Shown piece by piece: positions 54,310 to 62,635 of a DNA stretch of 64,000 bases. Positions within the stretch are counted from its first letter, which is position 1; each line of letters opens with the position of its first letter. The notes beneath the pieces are model-generated. The model saw only the letters and a list, made by a program, of their open reading frames with translations. It was not told the origin of the DNA and made no database searches. This DNA is from an uncultured Bacilli bacterium (lineage in GTDB: Bacteria > Bacillota_I > Bacilli_A > RF39 > UBA660): contig CAKOUW010000002.1 in NCBI GenBank assembly GCA_934120715.1, forward strand, positions 78,564 to 142,563, written 5' to 3'. The position numbers and the translations under genes were made by a program.

Positions 54310-54561
54310 ATGGGAGGAAAAGTTATGCAAGAAAAATTTACAAGAGTTCCTGAAGATTTAATTTCGGGGAAAGATTTAGATTATTTATGTGATATGTTTC
54401 AATGGAATTATGGATGTTTAAAGAGTACAAATGTAGCCATGTCTGAGGTTAATGATATGGAAATAAAAAGTATTTTGGAGGAAGCATATAATTTGTTTAA
54501 TCAAAATATGAAGGTAATATTGGATATATTATCTAATAGAGGAGAGAAAGTTGATGAATAA
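54310..54561 (+). CDS. small CotF-like protein
   Basis: Small helical protein overlapping the next Coat-F-like gene. The assignment is weak. Confidence 0.35.
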   Translation: MGGKVMQEKFTRVPEDLISGKDLDYLCDMFQWNYGCLKSTNVAMSEVNDMEIKSILEEAYNLFNQNMKVILDILSNRGEKVDE

Positions 54562-54871
54562 TAATGAAGTATGTAATCCTAAGGTTGAAGTTAGTGGAGG
54601 ATTACCTTTAAATGACAAAGATTATCTTAATTGTTTACTTTCTAGTTTGAAGGAATTGGAAAAGAATTACGCTGTAGTTTTAACAGAAGCTAGTAATGAA
54701 CATTTATATAAAGTTTATAAAAATATTTTTGATAATATTTCTAGGCTTCAAAGAGATGTTTTTGAGTTGGCATTTACTAAGGGTTGGTATAAATTAGAAA
54801 AAGCTGATGCTATGGCCTTAGAAAAAGAATATCAGTGTTTGAATAATGAGTATATGGATTTAGGAATATAG
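54551..54871 (+). CDS. spore coat protein F-like (Coat_F domain)
   Basis: NDKDYLNCLLSSLKELEKNYAVVLTEASNEHLYKVYKNIFDNISRLQRDVFELAFTKGWY resembles Coat_F. Confidence 0.5.
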   Translation: MMNNNEVCNPKVEVSGGLPLNDKDYLNCLLSSLKELEKNYAVVLTEASNEHLYKVYKNIFDNISRLQRDVFELAFTKGWYKLEKADAMALEKEYQCLNNEYMDLGI

Positions 54872-54940
54872 TTTTTTCAGTATAATTTTGACAAATATTG
54901 GCTAATAATGTATAATATATCCTTGTCCTGGGGAGAGGTT

Positions 54941-55909
54941 ATGAAAATATTGTTGAAATTTAAAATATATATATTAACTATAGTTGTTTCAATTATTTCT
55001 GGAATATTTATTTACTATAGATTTAGTTATTTGGAAAAATATAAAAGTATTTCTGTTGAAACAGTTAGTTCTAGTACTATTGAATTTGGTACTGCTAATT
55101 ATGATATAAGTAATATTGTTAGCAGTGTTAGTGGAAGAATTGTTTCTATAAAGAAAGATATTGATACTAATAAAATAGGTTCTCAAAAATTAGTTTTGCA
55201 AGTAGTTAGGGATAATGTTTATAAGGATGTGGCTATCGATGTGGAAATTGTTGATAGTGTAGCTCCTATTATTAATATTGATCAAAAAGAGATTAAGATT
55301 AATCAAGGTGATGATTTAGATCTTTTTAGTAATATTAAATATGTTTATGATTTTGCTGATGGAGAAATTCCTTATTTAGAGTACGGACTTGTAACTGATG
55401 AGGCTTGTGGATATTATACTGTTACCACTGATTTTAATAAAAATGTTTGTGGATTATATAAAGTTGTAGTTATTGCTGTGGATAAACACGGTAATAAAAG
55501 TAGTGAGGAATTTGAAATTGTAGTAGAAAATGCTAAACTTTCTGCACAGGTAGTGGATATTGCACTTTCATTAGTTGGTAGTCCATATGTATATGGTGGT
55601 ACTGGTCCATCTGGTTTTGATTGCAGTGGATTTATACAATATGTTTATGCTCAAAAAGGAATATTTGTTAGTAGAAGTGCTAGTACACAAATTTTTGATG
55701 GTTATGGTGTTAGTTACGATGATATTTTACCAGGTGATATTATAAGTTGGGGTTATTCAAATGGTGTTGTTACACACTCAGCTCTTTATATTGGTGATGG
55801 TAAAATGGTTCATGCTGCTAATCCAGCTCAAGGAGTTCTAATTAGTAGTGTTGAAAATTGGACAAATACTTCAGGTGTTCAAATTCTTGGAATAAGAAGA
55901 ATAAATTAG
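54941..55909 (+). CDS. NlpC/P60-family cell-wall hydrolase with N-terminal TM anchor
   Basis: The C-terminal DCSGFIQYVY...H...H catalytic triad region. ATG 54941 follows RBS ggggagaggt. Confidence 0.8.
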   Translation: MKILLKFKIYILTIVVSIISGIFIYYRFSYLEKYKSISVETVSSSTIEFGTANYDISNIVSSVSGRIVSIKKDIDTNKIGSQKLVLQVVRDNVYKDVAIDVEIVDSVAPIINIDQKEIKINQGDDLDLFSNIKYVYDFADGEIPYLEYGLVTDEACGYYTVTTDFNKNVCGLYKVVVIAVDKHGNKSSEEFEIVVENAKLSAQVVDIALSLVGSPYVYGGTGPSGFDCSGFIQYVYAQKGIFVSRSASTQIFDGYGVSYDDILPGDIISWGYSNGVVTHSALYIGDGKMVHAANPAQGVLISSVENWTNTSGVQILGIRRIN

Positions 55910-55947
55910 TTATAATTGGTAATACTATTTGTAGGAGGGATTAATAC

Positions 55948-56148
55948 ATGGAAACACTACAAAAAGTTTTACTAGTTATAACAATTATTGGAGCTGTAAA
56001 TTGGGGACTTATTGGTCTTTTAGATTATAATTTAGTTGCTGCAATATTTGGAGAGGCGAGTCTTTTTAGTAGAATAATTTATACCTTAGTTGGTATATCT
56101 GGACTAGTGAATATAGGAATTTTATTTAATCATATTGAATCAAAATAA
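55948..56148 (+). CDS. DUF378 small membrane protein
   Basis: GAVNWGLIGL signature with two TMs. Confidence 0.6.
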   Translation: METLQKVLLVITIIGAVNWGLIGLLDYNLVAAIFGEASLFSRIIYTLVGISGLVNIGILFNHIESK

Positions 56149-56154
56149 AATTTT

Positions 56155-56176
56155 AGGACTTCGTCCTTTTTTTTTG
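56155..56176 (+). terminator. rho-independent terminator
   Basis: aggacttcgtcct followed by T9. Confidence 0.75.
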
Positions 56177-56348
56177 TTATTTTATGCGCTTTTTGTAATG
56201 TGTAACTTATCTTTATTATAGTTGTCCTTGATTTTAAATTGTGTCATATGTTATCATATATGTAGAGTGGGATGGTTTTTTAGTGTGTATTTATATTATT
56301 TAATGATTCCATTTTGTTATTTATTTTATACTTGAAGGAGACGATGTA

Positions 56349-57182
56349 ATGACAATTACTGGAACAGATCTTTTATCATTTTTGAGAAAATTAGTGGATA
56401 TTTCACTTGTTTGGTTTATATTTTATTATATTTTAAAAAACATTAAAAATAATGTTAAGCTTTCATTACTGTTTAAAGGAGTTGCTTTTGTAATTATCCT
56501 TAAATTGGTTAGTGACTGGCTAGGATTTACTACTATTGGTGTATTATTGGAATATATTATTCAATGGGGACCTATAGCGCTTATTGTTATTTTCCAACCT
56601 GAGATTAGAAATATTTTGGAACAGTTAGGTAGAAGTCAACTATTAGGACGACATAAGGTTTTGACTGTTGATGAAAGAGAACGAATGGTCTATGAAATTA
56701 TTAATGCAGTTGATTATTTGAGAAAAGAAAGAATAGGGGCATTAATAGTATTAGAACGTGATATTAGTCTTGGAAATTATATTGATAAGGCAAAGAAATT
56801 ATATGCTGATTTATCTAGTGATTTATTGATTGCTATATTTTATGAAGGTAATCCGCTTCATGATGGTGGAGTTATAATACAGGGTGATAGAATTACCTGT
56901 GCTGGAGCTGTTTTTCCAACTAGTAATAGTTCAAAGATCAATAGACGTTTGGGAACAAGACATAGGGCTGCTCTTGGATTGGCTGAAGAGACAGATGCTA
57001 TTTGTATTGTTGTTTCTGAAGAAACCGGTCGTATTTCAGTTGCTCTAAAGGGGGAGTTATTATATAACTTAACATTAGATGATACTAGAATGTTATTGAT
57101 TGATGAATTGAGACCTAAACAAGATATAGATTTAGATGATGAGGTGGATGAGGAAGAAATATATGAAGAAAGTGTTAAGTAA
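56349..57182 (+). CDS. cdaA: diadenylate cyclase CdaA (DisA_N/DAC domain)
   Basis: Three N-terminal TMs, DAC motifs DGA...RHRAA and GTRHRAALG. Confidence 0.93.
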   Translation: MTITGTDLLSFLRKLVDISLVWFIFYYILKNIKNNVKLSLLFKGVAFVIILKLVSDWLGFTTIGVLLEYIIQWGPIALIVIFQPEIRNILEQLGRSQLLGRHKVLTVDERERMVYEIINAVDYLRKERIGALIVLERDISLGNYIDKAKKLYADLSSDLLIAIFYEGNPLHDGGVIIQGDRITCAGAVFPTSNSSKINRRLGTRHRAALGLAEETDAICIVVSEETGRISVALKGELLYNLTLDDTRMLLIDELRPKQDIDLDDEVDEEEIYEESVK

Positions 57183-58518
57183 GATAGGAAAGTTTTTCCG
57201 TAAGATTGGATTGTTCTTTGATAAATTGCTAATTGCTCCAATTACTAGATTGATGTTAAAAATTACTGATTTTTTTAAGAGCAATGCAAAAAATTTTGAT
57301 AGAATAGCTGGTAAAAAATCCACGTTATTAATAGTTAGTTTAATATTAGCTTTTGCTGTTTTTGTACTTATTGATAGAGAATCAAATGTTATGATTGATC
57401 AATATGCTGAAATTTTATATAATCAACCAGTTACTGCTGTTTATAATGAAGAATTATATGTAGTTGAAGGCTTGCCTGATAAGGTTGATATTACTTTAGT
57501 TGGTCAAAAGAGACATATTTTCTTGGCTAAACAAGCGCCATCTAAAGGTGTATCAGTTGATCTTACTGGTTTGAAACCAGGTAATCATAAAGTAACATTA
57601 AAGTATACTCAACGTCTTGAATCGTTGGATTATAAACTTGATCCATCTCAAGTAACGGTTACTATTTATGAGAAGGTAAGTGAAACGCGAAGCTTAACAT
57701 ATGATTTATTACATCAGGATTCATTAGATAGCAAGTTAAGTATTAGTAATGTTGAACTTGATCGTAACGAGGTTACTATTAAAGGTGCGGCTTATAAATT
57801 GAAAAAGGTTGCTACTGTTAAAGCTCTTGTTGATGCTAAAAAAATCCCTAATAAAGCTGGAGATATTAATTTAAAAGATGTTCAGTTAGTGGCTTATGAT
57901 ACAGATGGTAAAATTGTTGATGTTGAAATTGTTCCAAAGACTGTTACAGCTAAAGTTACTGTTACTTCTCCTAGCAAGGAAGTTCCTATAAAGGTTGTTC
58001 CTGATGGTGAGTTGGCTTTTGGTAGATCAATAAAATCTATTGAGCCTAGTGTTTCATCTGTTACTTTATATGGTAGTTCAGATGTACTTGACAAGATCAA
58101 TCAATTAGAAGTAAAAATTAATGTTGATGGTTTGGAAAATGATAAAGAATTTAATGTAACACTTGATAAACCAAGTGGTGTTAATGAACTTAGTACTAAG
58201 ACTGTAAAAATTAAAGTTACTATTGATAAAACAATTAAGAAAGAATTTAAAAATATTTCGGTAACTGTTGAAAATCTTGATTCTAAGTATAAGGCACAGG
58301 CATTATCTGAAGATGATAGACAGGTAACTGTAATTGTAAGTGGTAGTGAGTCTATTATAAACGATATTGATACATCTTCTATAAAAGCATATGTTGATTT
58401 GAAAGACTACGGTGTTGGTGAATTTGATGTTCCGGTTAAAGTTACTGGTAATGATTTAAAATTAACTTATGAATCTAAGGTTAGTAAAGTTAAGATTAGA
58501 ATAACTGAAGCGAAATAG
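57136..58518 (+). CDS. cdaR: CdaA regulatory protein CdaR (YbbR-domain repeats)
   Basis: N-terminal TM plus YbbR-like repeats. It overlaps the cdaA 3' end. Confidence 0.85.
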   Translation: MMRWMRKKYMKKVLSKIGKFFRKIGLFFDKLLIAPITRLMLKITDFFKSNAKNFDRIAGKKSTLLIVSLILAFAVFVLIDRESNVMIDQYAEILYNQPVTAVYNEELYVVEGLPDKVDITLVGQKRHIFLAKQAPSKGVSVDLTGLKPGNHKVTLKYTQRLESLDYKLDPSQVTVTIYEKVSETRSLTYDLLHQDSLDSKLSISNVELDRNEVTIKGAAYKLKKVATVKALVDAKKIPNKAGDINLKDVQLVAYDTDGKIVDVEIVPKTVTAKVTVTSPSKEVPIKVVPDGELAFGRSIKSIEPSVSSVTLYGSSDVLDKINQLEVKINVDGLENDKEFNVTLDKPSGVNELSTKTVKIKVTIDKTIKKEFKNISVTVENLDSKYKAQALSEDDRQVTVIVSGSESIINDIDTSSIKAYVDLKDYGVGEFDVPVKVTGNDLKLTYESKVSKVKIRITEAK

Positions 58519-58543
58519 TCATTTAGTGGCTATTTCTTTTTTT
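58513..58543 (+). terminator. rho-independent terminator after cdaR
   Basis: gaaatagtcatttagtggctatttc followed by T8. Confidence 0.65.
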
Positions 58544-58600
58544 GTAATAAATTCATCTTTATCTAATATAATTAATTAGAATTAGATTATGGGGTGAACT

Positions 58601-59608
58601 ATGAAAAAGAAAATTTTAATTCTTCTTCTCTTGATAACAGGTATTTTTATTTCTGCTGGATGCGGCAAATATGGTGAAAAAGATGTTGTCAAAGATTTAG
58701 GCAATAAGATAAATAAGGCTAATGCTTATAAATTAGATGGTAATCTTGAAATTGTTAATAATGATGAGGTCTATAATTATAAGATTGAAGTTAGCTACAA
58801 AAAAGATAATTATTATAAGGTTAGTTTGACTAATGTTAATAATAATCATACACAGGTAATTTTAAAAAATAATGATGGAGTGTATGTGTTAACACCTTCT
58901 CTTAATAAGAGTTTTAAATTTCAAAGTGATTGGCCTTACAGTAATTCACAGATTTATTTATTGAGTGCTTTACTAAGTGATATAACAGATGATAATAATA
59001 GGACTTTTAAAGAAACAGATAATAGTTATATATTTTCTACTAAGGTTAATTATCCTAATAATAAAGATTTAGTTAGACAAGAGATAGAATTATCTAAAAA
59101 GTTGAAATTTAAGACAGTTAAGGTTTATAATTCTAAAGATGTATTATGCATGACTATGAAGTTTAACGATATTGATTATTCACCAACATTTAAGAAAAAT
59201 TATTTTGAATTGGACACTATCATGAGTACTTATATCATAGATTCTGATGAGGTATTGGAAACAAGTAACTTAGATTCTTCTATATATCCTCTTGTTGTAC
59301 CTACTGGTACTAAACTTACTAGTGAGGAAAAACTAAAGAAGGATACAGGTGAACGAATAATTCTAACATTTGATGGGGAAAAACCATTCCTATTAGTAGA
59401 AGAGACAGCAAATGTTGAAGAGGAGTTTACTATTATTCCTACATATGGGGAACCATATCAGTTGATGGATACGCTAGGAGTTATGACTGATAATTCATTG
59501 ACATGGACTAGTAATGGAATTGAATACTATATTGTAAGTGATGTCTTAAGTCAGAATGAACTGATTGAAGTTGCTCAATCAATTAATGTGTTACCAACTA
59601 TGAAGTAG
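58601..59608 (+). CDS. putative lipoprotein (lipobox ...ISAGC)
   Basis: Signal peptide plus a lipobox Cys, and no clear family. Confidence 0.55.
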   Translation: MKKKILILLLLITGIFISAGCGKYGEKDVVKDLGNKINKANAYKLDGNLEIVNNDEVYNYKIEVSYKKDNYYKVSLTNVNNNHTQVILKNNDGVYVLTPSLNKSFKFQSDWPYSNSQIYLLSALLSDITDDNNRTFKETDNSYIFSTKVNYPNNKDLVRQEIELSKKLKFKTVKVYNSKDVLCMTMKFNDIDYSPTFKKNYFELDTIMSTYIIDSDEVLETSNLDSSIYPLVVPTGTKLTSEEKLKKDTGERIILTFDGEKPFLLVEETANVEEEFTIIPTYGEPYQLMDTLGVMTDNSLTWTSNGIEYYIVSDVLSQNELIEVAQSINVLPTMK

Positions 59609-59688
59609 AGTTTTGCTCTACTTTTTACTTGTAAATATTTATTGTTATTCTATTTTTACTATGATATAATACCCTTAGGTGGTTTGTT

Positions 59689-60201
59689 ATGGCAAAAAAA
59701 AATAAAAGTTTAAATTATGGTAATACAGAATTTAGTTTACAATTTAAGAATATTATTATAGTTAGTATAATTGTTTTGGTTTCTTTAGGATTGTTTTATT
59801 TATTAACAATTGCTCTTTTGGGTAAGAAGCCTACGGTTGATACATCTGGTGGTAGTAGTGATACAACTATTCAAAATCAAGAGATTTTATTAGGTTCTAG
59901 TTTTAATATTAGTTCTGATAGATATATTGTTTTATATTATGCTTCAGATGATCAAGATAGTTCTTCTGATATTAAGTCTTTAGCTACTTCTTACAGGGCT
60001 AAGGATGATGCTTTAAGTCTTTATACTGTTGATTTAAGCGATGCTTTAAATAAAGCTTTTGTAACTACTGATGAGTCTAATCCTGATGCTAGTAATGCTA
60101 GTGAAATGAGAGTTAAGAATCCAACACTTATTGTATTTGAAGATGGAAAAATTAACGAGTATATAGAGGGATTTGATTCTATTAAAGATTATTTAAGTTA
60201 A
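59689..60201 (+). CDS. hypothetical membrane-anchored protein
   Basis: ORF with one TM and an S/D-rich region. Confidence 0.4.
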   Translation: MAKKNKSLNYGNTEFSLQFKNIIIVSIIVLVSLGLFYLLTIALLGKKPTVDTSGGSSDTTIQNQEILLGSSFNISSDRYIVLYYASDDQDSSSDIKSLATSYRAKDDALSLYTVDLSDALNKAFVTTDESNPDASNASEMRVKNPTLIVFEDGKINEYIEGFDSIKDYLS

Positions 60202-60220
60202 CCACATAATGTGGTTTTAT

Positions 60221-60297
60221 GCCTCAATAGCTCAGCTGGTTAGAGCACTTGACTGTTAATCAAGGGGTCCTAGGTTCAAGTCCTAGTTGGGGCGCCA
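60221..60297 (+). tRNA. tRNA-Asn (anticodon GUU)
   Basis: Cloverleaf folded by hand: acceptor GCCTCAA/TTGGGGC, D-arm gctcagctggttagagc, anticodon loop ctGTTaa, T-loop ttcaagt, discriminator G and encoded CCA. Confidence 0.9.
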
Positions 60298-60463
60298 TTT
60301 ATTTTAGAATATGTTACATTTAAGATATCATAAGATATCTTTATTTATTGAAAAAATTTAATAATGTTATTTTAAAGAATTAGCTACCTATATAATTGGG
60401 TAGTTTTTATTGTAAAAGTTTGCATTTTATGTTATTATATCATGCATTAGGGGAGGTTTATGC

Positions 60464-62032
60464 ATGTTAAATTTTGATGTAGGGACTTTATTATCAAATA
60501 TGACTGACAATATGTTACATAATACAAATGAGATTTTTAAATTATTTGGTAGTTTACTTTATACTGATGAAGAAGGTCAATCTATATTGCATATTTTGGT
60601 TGCTGATAATTTTGATGAGGAAAAATCTTTTCTTGCTATTAAGTCGTTGTTGCAATCTGGACTAAGTCCCAATGCTGTATCGAGTTACAATTATAATTAT
60701 AATTTTATTCAAACTGCTTTGTGTGCTGGTCATAGTGAGAAATTTATTTTAGATATTATTACTGAATCATTAAAATATGGTTTGGATGTTAATCATGTTG
60801 ATGCCAATAAAGATACTATTATGCATGCTGCAATATATAGTAATAATTATTCAGGTAGTCTTGAAAAGATTTACGATTTGTTGTGCGAGAACGGTTTTGA
60901 TTCATCTTTAAGGAATGATGAAGGAAGAACTTTACTTGAAGCTTTGAGTTGTCAAGGAAACTATTCTAGTGAACAAATAGAAGGATTTAAGCAAAAGTTT
61001 GAAGAAAGATATCCTGCATCTAATAATTGTGCTCAAACAAAGGAAGATGAGGTTGACATACCAGTAGGACAAGAAAGCTCTATTTATCAAACATTGTCTA
61101 ATGATGATATTTTAGAACTTGAAAAATATGGTCGAGTGTTAAATCAAAAAGATTATATAGTTGAACCTGCTATCGGAAGAGATAAAGAATTGAAAAATCT
61201 TATGATAGTTTTAGCACAGGATAAAAAGAATCCATTGATTGTTGGAGAATCAGGTGTAGGAAAAACCACAATAGTGGATGAACTTGCTTATAGAATTATA
61301 AATGAAAATGTTCCTGGATTTTTACGCGATAAAATAATTTTGGAAGTTAATCCAAGTGATATTGTTGCTGGTTCTCAATACGTTGGAATGTTTGAAGATA
61401 AGATGACTAAATTATTGAGGTTGTGTGAAGAACTTGATGTAATAATTTTCATCGATGAAATTCACGAAATATATGGTATGGGTTCATCAGCTAATAAAGA
61501 TAGTGATATGGCATCTATGTTGAAACGTTATATTGATAGATCCGATTTAAAAGTAATTGGTATAACAAGTGAGGATGAATACGAAAAGTATTTTGCTCAT
61601 GATGCTCTTAAAAGAAGATTTGAAAAAGTCACTGTTAAAGAACCTGTAGATGAAGATCTACACCAAATAGTAGATAAAGTAATTGGAGATTATTATGTAA
61701 AAAATAGTGTTTTTTTTGAAGATGAAAGTGTGAGAGAGCAAGTGGTGGCTATTATATTAGCTGCTACAGGAAAAAGTTCTAGGGTTTATAATGATGTAGT
61801 TAATAATCCAGATTTATCAATATCTATTGTTGATAGAGCATTTGCATTGGCAAAATTTTATGATAGTGAATTTGTTACACTAGAACACTTTGTGGAAAGT
61901 TTTAAATCCTGTGATAGAATTTATGAATTTTCAAAAGAACAAGCGATAGCTAATTTAAGAAGTTTAGATACTAGTATATCTAAACCAACTCAGAAGATTT
62001 TTAAAATGGACTGTAATCGTTTTAAAAAATAG
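60464..62032 (+). CDS. ankyrin-repeat protein fused to a single ClpA/ClpC-type D1 AAA+ ATPase module
   Basis: The N-terminal ~180 aa carry ANK-like repeats (ILHILVA..., TALCAGH..., MHAAIYS...). The C-terminal part aligns with ClpC D1: GRDKELKNLM..., Walker A GESGVGKTT, Walker B IIFIDEIHE and the RRF sensor. There is no N-domain, M-domain or D2. Confidence 0.7.
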   Translation: MLNFDVGTLLSNMTDNMLHNTNEIFKLFGSLLYTDEEGQSILHILVADNFDEEKSFLAIKSLLQSGLSPNAVSSYNYNYNFIQTALCAGHSEKFILDIITESLKYGLDVNHVDANKDTIMHAAIYSNNYSGSLEKIYDLLCENGFDSSLRNDEGRTLLEALSCQGNYSSEQIEGFKQKFEERYPASNNCAQTKEDEVDIPVGQESSIYQTLSNDDILELEKYGRVLNQKDYIVEPAIGRDKELKNLMIVLAQDKKNPLIVGESGVGKTTIVDELAYRIINENVPGFLRDKIILEVNPSDIVAGSQYVGMFEDKMTKLLRLCEELDVIIFIDEIHEIYGMGSSANKDSDMASMLKRYIDRSDLKVIGITSEDEYEKYFAHDALKRRFEKVTVKEPVDEDLHQIVDKVIGDYYVKNSVFFEDESVREQVVAIILAATGKSSRVYNDVVNNPDLSISIVDRAFALAKFYDSEFVTLEHFVESFKSCDRIYEFSKEQAIANLRSLDTSISKPTQKIFKMDCNRFKK

Positions 62033-62074
62033 AGAAAATATGATATTGGTGGATTAACACCTTTTTAGAATAAC

Positions 62075-62103
62075 AAAAACTAATCTCATATTGGATTAGT
62101 TTT
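62075..62103. terminator. bidirectional terminator between convergent genes
   Basis: aaaaactaatctcatattggattagttttt. Confidence 0.65.
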
Positions 62104-62116
62104 AGGGCAGTTTTTA

Positions 62117-62635
62117 TTAAAAAATGTGCTCTTTTATTATACAACTAACAATTAATTGCTTTTCTTTATTAGTGGGACTACATGTTGTTAAAACTAGTTG
62201 ATTGTCATATTCTTCTTTGAAATTTATAGTTCCATTTTTTTCTTCTTCCCAAATATTTTTTACTATATATTTATTTTTATTATTATCTAGATTTATGATT
62301 ATTTCATCATTGATATTTAATTGGTTTAAATTTTTAAAATATGCTGCTTTTCCAGTTCCTGAATGAGCTGCTAAAACAATGATATGATTATTTTTGTATA
62401 AGAGCGCGACATTTTTATCAACATCATTGTTAGGACTTTTAATATCATATAAGTCATTGTTTACTTTTATTTTTGGTATTATGATATTTCCAATGGGCTT
62501 TTCTTTTTTTTCTATGTAGTTATATCCTATTTTTGCTCTAGAAATTCTTTTTTTGATTTTATTAGATGGTATATTGTAGTTCATTAGTCCTGAAAACAGT
62601 ATAATGATTATGGCTATTGTAAGCTTCTTGTCCAT
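62117..62635 (-). CDS. sortase (class B-like)
   Basis: N-terminal TM anchor, His in VLAAHSG, catalytic Cys in LVLTTCSP, ~170 aa. Confidence 0.75.
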   Translation of the reverse strand: MDKKLTIAIIIILFSGLMNYNIPSNKIKKRISRAKIGYNYIEKKEKPIGNIIIPKIKVNNDLYDIKSPNNDVDKNVALLYKNNHIIVLAAHSGTGKAAYFKNLNQLNINDEIIINLDNNKNKYIVKNIWEEEKNGTINFKEEYDNQLVLTTCSPTNKEKQLIVSCIIKEHIF

